A stretch of DNA of 32,000 nucleotides from Candidatus Methylomirabilis oxygeniifera. Its GTDB lineage: Bacteria; Methylomirabilota; Methylomirabilia; Methylomirabilales; Methylomirabilaceae. The notes beneath the pieces were generated by a model. It ran no database searches and had not been told where the DNA came from. It saw only the letters and a list, made by a program, of their open reading frames with translations. A program made the translations under genes and the position numbers. Shown here piece by piece: positions 9,472 through 17,417 of this stretch (positions are counted from its first letter, which is position 1; the number at the start of each line of letters is the position of its first letter). Location of the stretch: NCBI GenBank assembly GCA_000091165.1, contig FP565575.1, positions 1,500,001 to 1,532,000 on the forward strand, given 5' to 3'.

Positions 9472-10338
9472 GTGCTAGCACTCATCGGAGTCGTTGTCGT
9501 CTTTGGGGCGGTGGTCGGTGGTTTCGCCATCGAGGGCGGGCCCATCCCGGTCCTTATCCAGCCGGTGGAGTTCTTGATTATCGGCGGCGCGTCGATCGGC
9601 GGCCTGTTGATCGCCGTCCCGCTGAAAGTTCTCAAGATTCTTATCAGCCAAGTCATGGGCATACTTGGGTCAGGTCTGGACAAGCAGGCATACCTGGAAG
9701 TCCTACAGGTGATGCACGATCTCTTTACAAAAGCCAAGAGAGAAGGGTTTACCGCCATCGATTCGGATCTCGCAAGTCCTGATAAGAGTCCGATCTTCTC
9801 CAAGTACAACACATTCACGAAACAACACCACGCGATGAACTTTCTCTGTGATTCACTGCGCCTGGTGGTTGACGGAGCGGTCGATCCCGAGGAACTTGAT
9901 GCCATCATGGATATCGAGTTAGACACGCATCATGAAGAGGGTGGTCAGGTTCCATCGATTCTGGCCAAGGTCGGCGACAGTCTGCCGGGTCTCGGCATCG
10001 TCGCCGCCGTCCTCGGTATCGTCATCACGATGCAGGCAATTGACGGGCCGCCGGAGGAAATCGGGCATAAGGTCGCCGTCGCGCTGGTCGGCACGTTTGT
10101 CGGCATCCTAGCGTCGTACGGCGTTGTTCAGCCGCTGTCCCAGAGCCTGGAGCACCAGGCACAATGCGAGGGGAAATACCTCGCCTGCATCAAGACCTGC
10201 TTGGTCGCATTTGCGCGTGGCGCGCCGCCGATCATTGCTGTCGAGTTCGGTCGGCGTGTCATCTTCAGCTACGATCGGCCATCGAATCAGGAAATGGAGT
10301 CGGCCTGCAAAGGGACACCCCTCAAGAGGGCGGCATGA
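9472..10338 (+). CDS. motA: Flagellar motor stator protein MotA (GTG start)
   Basis: 288 aa with four hydrophobic segments: EGGPIPVLIQPVEFLIIGGASIGGLLIA...LPGLGIVAAVLGIVITMQAIDGPPEEIGHKVAVALVGTFVGILASYGVVQPL. RBS-like aaaggag upstream. Confidence 0.95.
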   Translation: MLALIGVVVVFGAVVGGFAIEGGPIPVLIQPVEFLIIGGASIGGLLIAVPLKVLKILISQVMGILGSGLDKQAYLEVLQVMHDLFTKAKREGFTAIDSDLASPDKSPIFSKYNTFTKQHHAMNFLCDSLRLVVDGAVDPEELDAIMDIELDTHHEEGGQVPSILAKVGDSLPGLGIVAAVLGIVITMQAIDGPPEEIGHKVAVALVGTFVGILASYGVVQPLSQSLEHQAQCEGKYLACIKTCLVAFARGAPPIIAVEFGRRVIFSYDRPSNQEMESACKGTPLKRAA

Positions 10339-11261
10339 GCGAAGAGACAGAGAAGAACGACAACAGGCCACGTAAGATCGTCAAGAAAAAGGGCGGCCAC
10401 GGCGGCCATCACGGGGGCGCATGGAAGGTGGCCTATGCCGACTTCGTGACCGCGATGATGGCCCTGTTTATCGTGCTCTGGATCGTCGGCCAGAGTAAGT
10501 CGACAAAGGAGGCGATAGCCGGTTACTTCAAAGACCCATCCAACTTCTCAAAAGGCGGCTCGCCTGGCGGCCTCCAGTCCAAGGGGAGCATCGGGGTCCT
10601 GTCTAAAGGAGGCGATCCCGTCGTCGTCGCTCAGCAGGCGAGTCAAACGATGTCTCCTGAGGGATCGGAAGACACCCAAAAATCGCCCGAGGATAAGGAG
10701 CAAGATCGGATACACCTCGAGGAGGCGGCGGAACAGTTCAGACAGGTCATCCAGCGCGTCCCAACGCTGCAAGCGCTTCAAGGACAGATCCGGATCGAGA
10801 TTACCAGCGAGGGGCTTCGCGTCCAACTGATCGAAGGCAATCGGGACAGTTTTTTCGATCTCGGCTCGTCCAGACTGAAGCCGGTAACCCGTCAACTGTT
10901 GGCGGCTATCGCGCATGAGGTAGCTAAGCTTCCCAACCAGGTGGTCGTCGAAGGGCATACTGATGCCCGCCCGTACAGTGGGAATACCGGACGGGACTAC
11001 TCGAACTGGGAGCTTTCGACAGACCGAGCCAATAGCGCCAGACGCACGATGGAGGAGGTGGGGCTCAGGCGTAACCAGGTCTCCAGGGTGATCGGATATG
11101 CGGACCAACACCTGTTTAATCCAACAGACCCGCTCGATACGGCCAATCGCCGGATCAGTATCCTGGTGCGGTACCTGGCCGCACCGACTGAAGCTCCCGC
11201 TCCTTCGGTAGGGCTCAGAACAGACTTACCAGCCAATCCGGCCACCAAGGGAAAGAGCTAG
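10335..11261 (+). CDS. motB: Flagellar motor protein MotB; true start is ATG at 10335 overlapping the motA stop, not the track start at 10164
   Basis: MSEETEKNDNRPRKIVKKKGGHGGHHGGAWKVAYADFVTAMMALFIVLWIVGQ (plug/TM region with the stator Asp), then an OmpA-like domain (NQVVVEGHTDARPYS...NWELSTDRANSARRTMEEVG...NRRISILV). Confidence 0.96.
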   Translation: MSEETEKNDNRPRKIVKKKGGHGGHHGGAWKVAYADFVTAMMALFIVLWIVGQSKSTKEAIAGYFKDPSNFSKGGSPGGLQSKGSIGVLSKGGDPVVVAQQASQTMSPEGSEDTQKSPEDKEQDRIHLEEAAEQFRQVIQRVPTLQALQGQIRIEITSEGLRVQLIEGNRDSFFDLGSSRLKPVTRQLLAAIAHEVAKLPNQVVVEGHTDARPYSGNTGRDYSNWELSTDRANSARRTMEEVGLRRNQVSRVIGYADQHLFNPTDPLDTANRRISILVRYLAAPTEAPAPSVGLRTDLPANPATKGKS

Positions 11262-11289
11262 GGGAAGAAAGGATGGGGAAACCCGGCCG

Positions 11290-12753
11290 TCAGTCAGCGT
11301 CGGGTGTGATGGTTTTCCCGAGGCTTCCGGAATTGTATTGAGAATCATGGGTGAGCTTGGTTCGCAGTGTCTGCCGTGAGATCCCCAGTACCTTGGCCGC
11401 CTCTGTCTTGTTCCCGCCGACTTCCTTAAGGATCCGGCCGATATAAGCCCGTTCCACCTCAGCCAGACTGTGCAGCGAACTGCCTTTGACGCTATCGACC
11501 GGTCTATCCCAGGCCTGGTCGAAGGAACAGGGCATCAGGGAAGCGGCAGGCACATCGATGATCGGGGCCTCTCGGGTGACTCCGACTTCGGTAATCTCCG
11601 ACGGCAGATGAATCGGGTGGATGTACTCTTCCGTCTCCATCATCACCAGATAATCGACAACATTCCTGAGGTGCCGGACATTCCCAGGCCAATCATACCG
11701 CTCGAATCGTCGCTCGACATCCGGCGTCAACCCTCGAATCTTCTTCCCAAAAACGGCATTGCTCGACTGGAGGAAAAATTCCGCCAGCGGCAAGATGTCG
11801 GCCCGACGCTCACGCAGAGGGGGAATGGCGATCTGTATCGCGTTCAGTCGGTAGAAGAGATCCTCCCGAAACCTCCCTTTTGCGACCAACTCCTTGAGGT
11901 CGCGGTTACTTGCCGCCACGACCCGCACATCGACATGCAGATCATGCACCCCCCCAACCCGACGAAACTTCCAGTCCTCGAGGAAGCGAAGGAACTTCGC
12001 CTGAAGTCCCAGCGCCATCTCGCCGATCTCATCCAGAAAGAGCGTCCCATGGTGGCTTACCTCCGCCAGACCTCGCTTGGCGCCTTTCGCGTCTGTAAAG
12101 GCGCCGCGTTCATGCCCGAACAGCTCGCTCTCGAACAGGTTCTCGGCGATGGCGGCACAGTTGACATCGACAAAGGGATGCGCGCGCCGCTGCGATTCGT
12201 AGTGCAGGGCTTTCGCCACCAGCTCCTTTCCGGTCCCGGTCTCGCCGCTGAGTAACACGATACGGGTCGAACTGGCAGCGACTCGCTTCACCACCTGCCA
12301 CAACGCGTCGGCCGCCTCGGATTTCCTGACGAATACCCCGCATCGGTACGCCCCCTCGCCGATCCCGTGCAGGCGTTCCACCTCCTGGCGGGTCCGCACC
12401 TCTTCCAGTACACGATGCAAAATCAGCCTCAGCTCATCCAGATCAAACGGCTTACAGATATAATCGTAGGCGTGGTGTTTCATCGCCTCTACGGCGCTCC
12501 GGACCTCGCCATAGGCGGTCATGATGATGATCGGTGGGCCGCCGGCCCTCCAGATCCGCTTCAAAAGCTGAATACCGTTCACGTCCGGCAGAATGAGGTC
12601 GAGCAGAATCAGATCCGGAGAAAGTCGTTGGCAAATGTCAATCGTCTCGGCGCCATCCGCAGCCGTGAGCACGGTGTGTCCTTCCCGCTGCAAGGCATCG
12701 GTCAGCGTCAGTCTCAGATTCTTCTCATCATCCGCTACAAGGATAAGGGCCAT
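11290..12753 (-). CDS. Second sigma54-type response regulator (REC-AAA+-Fis HTH)
   Basis: 487 aa: ILVADDEKNLRLTLTDAL...LILLDLILPDVNG; Walker A SGETGTGKELVAKAL; GAFTDA in place of GAFTGA; FLDEIGEM; Fis HTH KEVGGNKTEAAKVLGISRQTLRTKL. Confidence 0.93.
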   Translation of the reverse strand: MALILVADDEKNLRLTLTDALQREGHTVLTAADGAETIDICQRLSPDLILLDLILPDVNGIQLLKRIWRAGGPPIIIMTAYGEVRSAVEAMKHHAYDYICKPFDLDELRLILHRVLEEVRTRQEVERLHGIGEGAYRCGVFVRKSEAADALWQVVKRVAASSTRIVLLSGETGTGKELVAKALHYESQRRAHPFVDVNCAAIAENLFESELFGHERGAFTDAKGAKRGLAEVSHHGTLFLDEIGEMALGLQAKFLRFLEDWKFRRVGGVHDLHVDVRVVAASNRDLKELVAKGRFREDLFYRLNAIQIAIPPLRERRADILPLAEFFLQSSNAVFGKKIRGLTPDVERRFERYDWPGNVRHLRNVVDYLVMMETEEYIHPIHLPSEITEVGVTREAPIIDVPAASLMPCSFDQAWDRPVDSVKGSSLHSLAEVERAYIGRILKEVGGNKTEAAKVLGISRQTLRTKLTHDSQYNSGSLGKTITPDAD

Positions 12754-13808
12754 CAGGGTCGTCCTGACCGCCCATTAAGAGGCAGCCGCGCCACGATACT
12801 GCACCCCTGACCAGGCAGGATGCGGAGCAGCATGTCGCCCCCGTGGTCGACGAAGGTCTGCAGCGCCGCGACCAACCCCAATCCGGCTTCCTTGAGTCCG
12901 GACGAATCACGCAAACCGGAAAGCTGCCGCTCCCGCTCCAGACCGGTCTCACAATCGGTGTCGGTCACCTCCAAATCGATCGCCTGCTCATCGGGTCGAT
13001 GACGAGTGAAGACCGTCATCACACCGCCGCCCGGCATCGCTGTGGCAGCATTGGCAATCAGACGAGAGACGGCGGTCTCCATCTGCGTGATGTCGATCAG
13101 GACCTCCGGCATTCGCGGGTCGAGATCTCGTCTCAGTTGAATCCTCTGTCGCTGAAGTTGCGGCTCAGCGCGGGCCAGCACCTGCTCCACTACCGCGTTC
13201 AGAGAGGTCGAAAGGGGCCGTCCCCGATGGGTCCGTCCAAACTCCGTCATGCGTCTCAAGAACTGCTCCAGACGATGTCCCTCTTCAATGATGATCCCCA
13301 GGCGACGCCGGACAAGAGCTGAAGAGGCGGACTCTTCATGCAGCAACTGGGCACTGTTCAGAATCCCGGCAAGCGGATTCCTTACTTCGTGAGCAAACCA
13401 ACTCGAGAACTGTGAGAAGATCCCCAGGTGGCGCAGCACCGTCTTCTGCCGGTAAAGGCGCGTCCTGACCAGGAGATTCCTGACAACTTCTGCAGTCGAA
13501 GGAAGGACCAGCACATCAAATGCCCCGAGCCGAATCGCCGCAAGTGCTATGTCGAGGCGTAGCGTGAACACGGCCGGTACGATCGGCGTGTCTGGGGAGG
13601 CGGCAACCAGGCGGGAAACGCCCTTCAGCTCTATACTCTCCATCCTCTCCAGGCAAAAGATTATAAGGAGATAGGGCTTGTTCGCAAGAGTTGCCACAAC
13701 GTCGGATTGGCGACCAATTCTACTGACTTCTACGCCCTGGTATTCGAAAGCAGTGGCCACCAAGTCTACCGTGGATCTCTGCTCCCCCAGTACCGCAACC
13801 CGATCCAT
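12753..13808 (-). CDS. Sensor histidine kinase with N-terminal pseudo-receiver and atypical ATP-binding domain
   Basis: Receiver-like N-terminus without the usual acidic pocket (MDRVAVLGEQRSTVDLVATAFEYQGVEVS...LLIIFCLERMESIEL), H-box SSWFAHEVRNPLAGILNSAQLL, N-box LIANAATAMPGG, weak G1 box VTDTDCETG. Start overlaps the downstream regulator stop-side gene by 1 nt. Confidence 0.8.
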   Translation of the reverse strand: MDRVAVLGEQRSTVDLVATAFEYQGVEVSRIGRQSDVVATLANKPYLLIIFCLERMESIELKGVSRLVAASPDTPIVPAVFTLRLDIALAAIRLGAFDVLVLPSTAEVVRNLLVRTRLYRQKTVLRHLGIFSQFSSWFAHEVRNPLAGILNSAQLLHEESASSALVRRRLGIIIEEGHRLEQFLRRMTEFGRTHRGRPLSTSLNAVVEQVLARAEPQLQRQRIQLRRDLDPRMPEVLIDITQMETAVSRLIANAATAMPGGGVMTVFTRHRPDEQAIDLEVTDTDCETGLERERQLSGLRDSSGLKEAGLGLVAALQTFVDHGGDMLLRILPGQGCSIVARLPLNGRSGRP

Positions 13809-14115
13809 AAGCCGGAAGCTCTACCTCATGTATCTCCTCTCTTCGTCGTACGAGAGGAGGCAGTGACGGATCTGCCCGCTGTCTGGACTCAGATATGATG
13901 CTACACGGTCTCCCAAATAATCGTAGCATATTATGACGTGTTTTCCAGGTCGTCAAGCACTAAGTGTTATTTGCTAACCGAATCAGCTATTATTTACCAG
14001 GTTCTCCGGCATCTGGCGAATATCGGCGGGAATTGAGGAGATGGGTAAGAGGAGCACTTTTCCCCCTCGTGGAGACCCTGCCGGCACGCTGGGGATTGCT
14101 GTCTTTACTTGGGCA

Positions 14116-15603
14116 CTACCGGGAAAGATCGCGTGGGTCCGGGTGATACGGAAAAGGAGAGAGTGCGGCTAAGGCTTCGACGACATCGCTGTCGAACTGA
14201 AAGCCTGCACAACGACGAAGTTCTTCAACGGCCTGCTCAGGCGCTCGTGGCGTCCGATATGGGCGTGTGGTGGTCATGGCATCGTAGGCATCGGCTGCGG
14301 CCAGGATTCTAGACGCCAGCGGGAGCGCCGACCCGGAAAGTCCGTCAGGATAGCCATTACCGTTGATCCACTCGTGGTGATGTCGAACAATTATCGCCTC
14401 TTCCTGAAGGAAACTGAACGGCAGTAGGATCTTCCAGCTTAGTACGGGGTGTTCTTTCATTCGCTCGTATTCCTCAGGCGTAAGCCGTCCGGGTTTCCTG
14501 AGAATGGCATCAGGGATCCCGACCTTGCCGATGTCGTGGAGAGCCCCCGCGTATCGGACCAGATTTTCGACGTGGCTTCCCAGCTCCATCTGCCGACAGA
14601 TCGCCACAGCAACCCTGGCCAATCGCAACGAGTGTCCCTCGGTATACGGATCCTTGGCCTCAAGCGTTGCAACCAGGGCGCGCATCCCCTCAAAGACGCT
14701 CGATTCGACCGCCGTGTAGAGGGATACATTCTCGATCGCCATGGAAGCTTGTTGGGCGAGAATATCCAGCATCTCGCGGTCCGCCGCTAAGAATGAACCG
14801 GAACTGTGCCGGCTGGCCAGCGCCATTCCGCCGACGTGCCGCCCCTTCACGATCAGCGGAACCACGGTTGACGCACTCCCTGGCGGAAGACCCGCGACAA
14901 CCCACAGTTCGTCCATACTCTCTACCTCATCGCCAGGCTTCACGGTATCGCCGAAGCCCTTACTCGCGGTCACCCTCAGTCTCTCTTCAGCCTCCGACAT
15001 GACTAAGAGCGCTCCCAGTTCTGCTCCGGTGCCCCGCATGGCCAGTTCCAGAATTGTTGCCATGAGTCGTCCGAGGTCGTGGGTTCCACCCAGCACCCTA
15101 CCGGACTGCGCAATCAACTGAAGGGCGCGATTCTTCCTGATCAGGATCTCTTGAGGTCGATGACCGTTCGGTTTCGACGCTCTGGCCATTGGCTCCCCGG
15201 CCCCGTTCTCCGTCAGACCGCGCAGTTGCTGGACGCGCCGAACGAGATCCCGGATATCGTCCAGGTGAAACGGCTTGAGCAGACAGTCGAAGGCGCCGCG
15301 CCGGAGCGCAAAAAGCGCGACCTCCAGATCGACGTTCCCCGAGATCAGAACAACCGGAATGCCGACGGCCATGGCGCTCGATCGGTCGAGAATCTCAAGG
15401 CCGGAGGCGCCAGGCATCGTGATATCGCTCAGAATGAGGTGAAACGGCTCCGCGGCAATCTGCGTCAGGGCTGACGCTCCATCCGGGCACAGAGTCACCC
15501 GGCACTGTTCCGCCTCCAGGAGTTCTCCAAGGAGCTCCAGGATATCCGGATTGTCCTCAGCAACCAACACCCGCAACTCCTCTGCCATAGCGAATCCTCG
15601 CAT
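14116..15603 (-). CDS. Response regulator with GAF and HD-GYP domains (probable c-di-GMP phosphodiesterase)
   Basis: REC (LRVLVAEDNPDILELLGELL...LILSDITMPGASG), GAF-like middle (LGALLVMSEAEERLRVTASKGFG), HD-GYP motifs ALHDIGKVGIPDAILRKPGRLT and HHHEWINGNGYPDGLSG. Confidence 0.93.
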   Translation of the reverse strand: MRGFAMAEELRVLVAEDNPDILELLGELLEAEQCRVTLCPDGASALTQIAAEPFHLILSDITMPGASGLEILDRSSAMAVGIPVVLISGNVDLEVALFALRRGAFDCLLKPFHLDDIRDLVRRVQQLRGLTENGAGEPMARASKPNGHRPQEILIRKNRALQLIAQSGRVLGGTHDLGRLMATILELAMRGTGAELGALLVMSEAEERLRVTASKGFGDTVKPGDEVESMDELWVVAGLPPGSASTVVPLIVKGRHVGGMALASRHSSGSFLAADREMLDILAQQASMAIENVSLYTAVESSVFEGMRALVATLEAKDPYTEGHSLRLARVAVAICRQMELGSHVENLVRYAGALHDIGKVGIPDAILRKPGRLTPEEYERMKEHPVLSWKILLPFSFLQEEAIIVRHHHEWINGNGYPDGLSGSALPLASRILAAADAYDAMTTTRPYRTPRAPEQAVEELRRCAGFQFDSDVVEALAALSPFPYHPDPRDLSR

Positions 15604-15607
15604 GAGG

Positions 15608-16291
15608 TTAGGTCCGGCCGAACAACTTGCTTTTGCTCAGCACGAACTCCTCCTTCGTCAAGAGGCCCATCTGATAGAGCTTCCCCAGTCGTTCCAATTG
15701 GTTCAGCATCTGCTCGTCCTTCCGCGTCCCCTTAGCGGCGAAAGACAGGTTGGGAGGGAAAAGACTGATCTCCGCAATAGCCTCTGACGGTGTCATTCGC
15801 TGAGCATCTCGCGTGGTCGTCCGCATCGCCTGTTCCAACTCACGTCGACAGCGGCGGTTTTCTCGTACCAGCCGGATTCGTTCGCAGGCGTTCCGAACCC
15901 TGACGCAGACCTCTCCAATGTTCAGCGGCTTGAGCATCAGATCGTACGCACCGGCCTCCGTTGCCTCAGCAGCCGCGTCAGGCCACACGAATCCTGTAAC
16001 CAGAATTCCGATCAGATCGGGTTGTAGGCGCGTCGCTTCGCGAATGAGGTCGAGTCCCGTCATCCCGGGCATGCGGTAGTCGGTAATGAGCAGATCGAAC
16101 GGCTCATTCCGTAACAGCTCCAAGGCCGTTCGCGGATCGGCGGCAGTGGAGATGTGATGCCACGCCTCGCGCGCCAGAAGATCGGAGAGAACCGACAGGA
16201 CCAGTTCATCATCATCGACGATGAGCAGCGAGTACGGCCCAGCCGTCACGTCCGGCTCTGTCATGGAACTGTGAACAGATCGCTCCATCAC
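15608..16291 (-). CDS. Response regulator receiver protein with C-terminal SHOCT-like motif
   Basis: REC: YSLLIVDDDELVLSVLSDLL...LLITDYRMPGMTGLDLI...LMLKPLNIGEV; C-terminus MLNQLERLGKLYQMGLLTKEEFVLSKSKLFG resembles SHOCT (L..L..L...G.ITEEEFE..K..LL). Confidence 0.85.
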   Translation of the reverse strand: MMERSVHSSMTEPDVTAGPYSLLIVDDDELVLSVLSDLLAREAWHHISTAADPRTALELLRNEPFDLLITDYRMPGMTGLDLIREATRLQPDLIGILVTGFVWPDAAAEATEAGAYDLMLKPLNIGEVCVRVRNACERIRLVRENRRCRRELEQAMRTTTRDAQRMTPSEAIAEISLFPPNLSFAAKGTRKDEQMLNQLERLGKLYQMGLLTKEEFVLSKSKLFGRT

Positions 16292-16635
16292 CGCAAAGCC
16301 CTCGCCCTGCGAAGGTCGGCAAGGCCCGTCTCACGGAGATGCGCCTTCTCCTCTGGGTCCAGCGGCGCTCGCCCGATATCCTGAGCCGCCTCCTCGAGGA
16401 CCGCGTCGATGTCCGGAAGACGGATCTCCGACGGCGGAAGACTCTTTAGGCGCTCGACCACCTGTCCCAAGACTCGATCCAGGATCTGCCGTCGCTTCGC
16501 TTCGGTGGAAATGAGGACCTCGTCGCGAACGGCCGGGTAGGTATCGGCATCCTGCTCCTGACGCCTGCCGACGCCCGCACGGCTCTTCTCGTACGCCCTC
16601 ACCACCTCGAGTATCCGGACCTGATCGATTCGCAT
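16288..16635 (-). CDS. Small protein with FlgM-like (anti-sigma28) N-terminal signature; hypothetical
   Basis: 115 aa, ATGA-overlapped with the next gene: MRIDQVRILEVVRAYEKSR...RDEVLISTEAKRRQILDRVL...SEIRLPDID resembles FlgM N-terminal pattern (xKIxxV..I..Y.K...DxVxISxEAK). Tentative. Confidence 0.5.
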   Translation of the reverse strand: MRIDQVRILEVVRAYEKSRAGVGRRQEQDADTYPAVRDEVLISTEAKRRQILDRVLGQVVERLKSLPPSEIRLPDIDAVLEEAAQDIGRAPLDPEEKAHLRETGLADLRRARALR

Positions 16636-16646
16636 GGCGGTCTCCT

Positions 16647-17006
16647 TCAGGAGATCCGATCGATGAATGCGTTCTCGGCCGGAGCGCAGGCCCGATAGCC
16701 TCCAAGTCCGGTCCGTCCGCGCCGGATTGAGGCCAGTTCAACCGCCGCCTGCTCGCGCCAGGCAAGCAGGGCGGCCTCATTTGCGCTATCCAACTCCGCA
16801 ATCTGCCGCCGCCACGTCTGGCACCTTACTCCGTCCTGCGCAGCCAAAGACGCCAGAAGAGTCTCCCGACGAGCGAGGAGCGCGAGCAGCCCCTCCAGAT
16901 CGCCGCTCCCAATGGCCTCACGCTGTTGCAGCGTCAGCTCAAGGATCTCGTCATGCTGTCGCGTCGTCTCTTCAGCGTTCACGTATCTCTCTGCCCTTTC
17001 ATACAT
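16647..17006 (-). CDS. Probable flagellar chaperone, FliT/FlgN-like
   Basis: 119 aa helical protein (QHDEILELTLQQREAIGSGDLEGLLALLARRETLLASLAAQ...RRQIAELDSANEAALLAWREQ) located directly after fliS-fliD-flaG. Confidence 0.6.
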   Translation of the reverse strand: MYERAERYVNAEETTRQHDEILELTLQQREAIGSGDLEGLLALLARRETLLASLAAQDGVRCQTWRRQIAELDSANEAALLAWREQAAVELASIRRGRTGLGGYRACAPAENAFIDRIS

Positions 17007-17024
17007 CGGGCGTGTCCTAACACC

Positions 17025-17390
17025 CTATGCCTCGGCCTTGAACAGTAATCCGAAGAGACCCCTCATCACGGCTCTCAGTTTCGTCATCTCTTCCGAAGGG
17101 ACCTGCCGTATCACCTCGTTCGTATCGCGGTCGATCACCTTGATAATCACGCTGTGGCTCTCCCGGTCGATGACGTAGGCGAGCCCGACATTCTGGTGCG
17201 GGCTGAGGTTCTCTAAGACCTTTTTCAGATCGGGCATGGCGACCTCCAGCGTTGCGAGAGAAGACGCTCCCGATCCGGCCGCCTTGTGGCTTCCCCTCTC
17301 CGGCGGTAACGGTGCGCTGATCTCGCCTCCGGATGATCTGACCCCCATCATCGGCTCGATCGGCTTGCTCTCGTGACCTATATTTGCCAT
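17025..17390 (-). CDS. flaG: Flagellar FlaG protein
   Basis: C-terminal FlaG motif LAYVIDRESHSVIIKVIDRDTNEVIRQVPSEEMTKLRAVMRGLFGLLF, next to fliD. Confidence 0.9.
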   Translation of the reverse strand: MANIGHESKPIEPMMGVRSSGGEISAPLPPERGSHKAAGSGASSLATLEVAMPDLKKVLENLSPHQNVGLAYVIDRESHSVIIKVIDRDTNEVIRQVPSEEMTKLRAVMRGLFGLLFKAEA

Positions 17391-17417
17391 CGCCTCCCCC
17401 CTCTGTCGAGGGGCCTC

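Noticed and set aside
9348-9782. 144-aa plus-strand ORF overlapping the motA start
   Set aside because: Out of frame with motA, includes promoter sequence, no domain-like content.
13964-14146. 60-aa plus-strand ORF between the kinase and the HD-GYP gene
   Set aside because: No convincing RBS or motif, overlaps the HD-GYP 3' end. I also looked for a c-di-GMP or other riboswitch in 13809-14115 and could not recognise a conserved core by eye.
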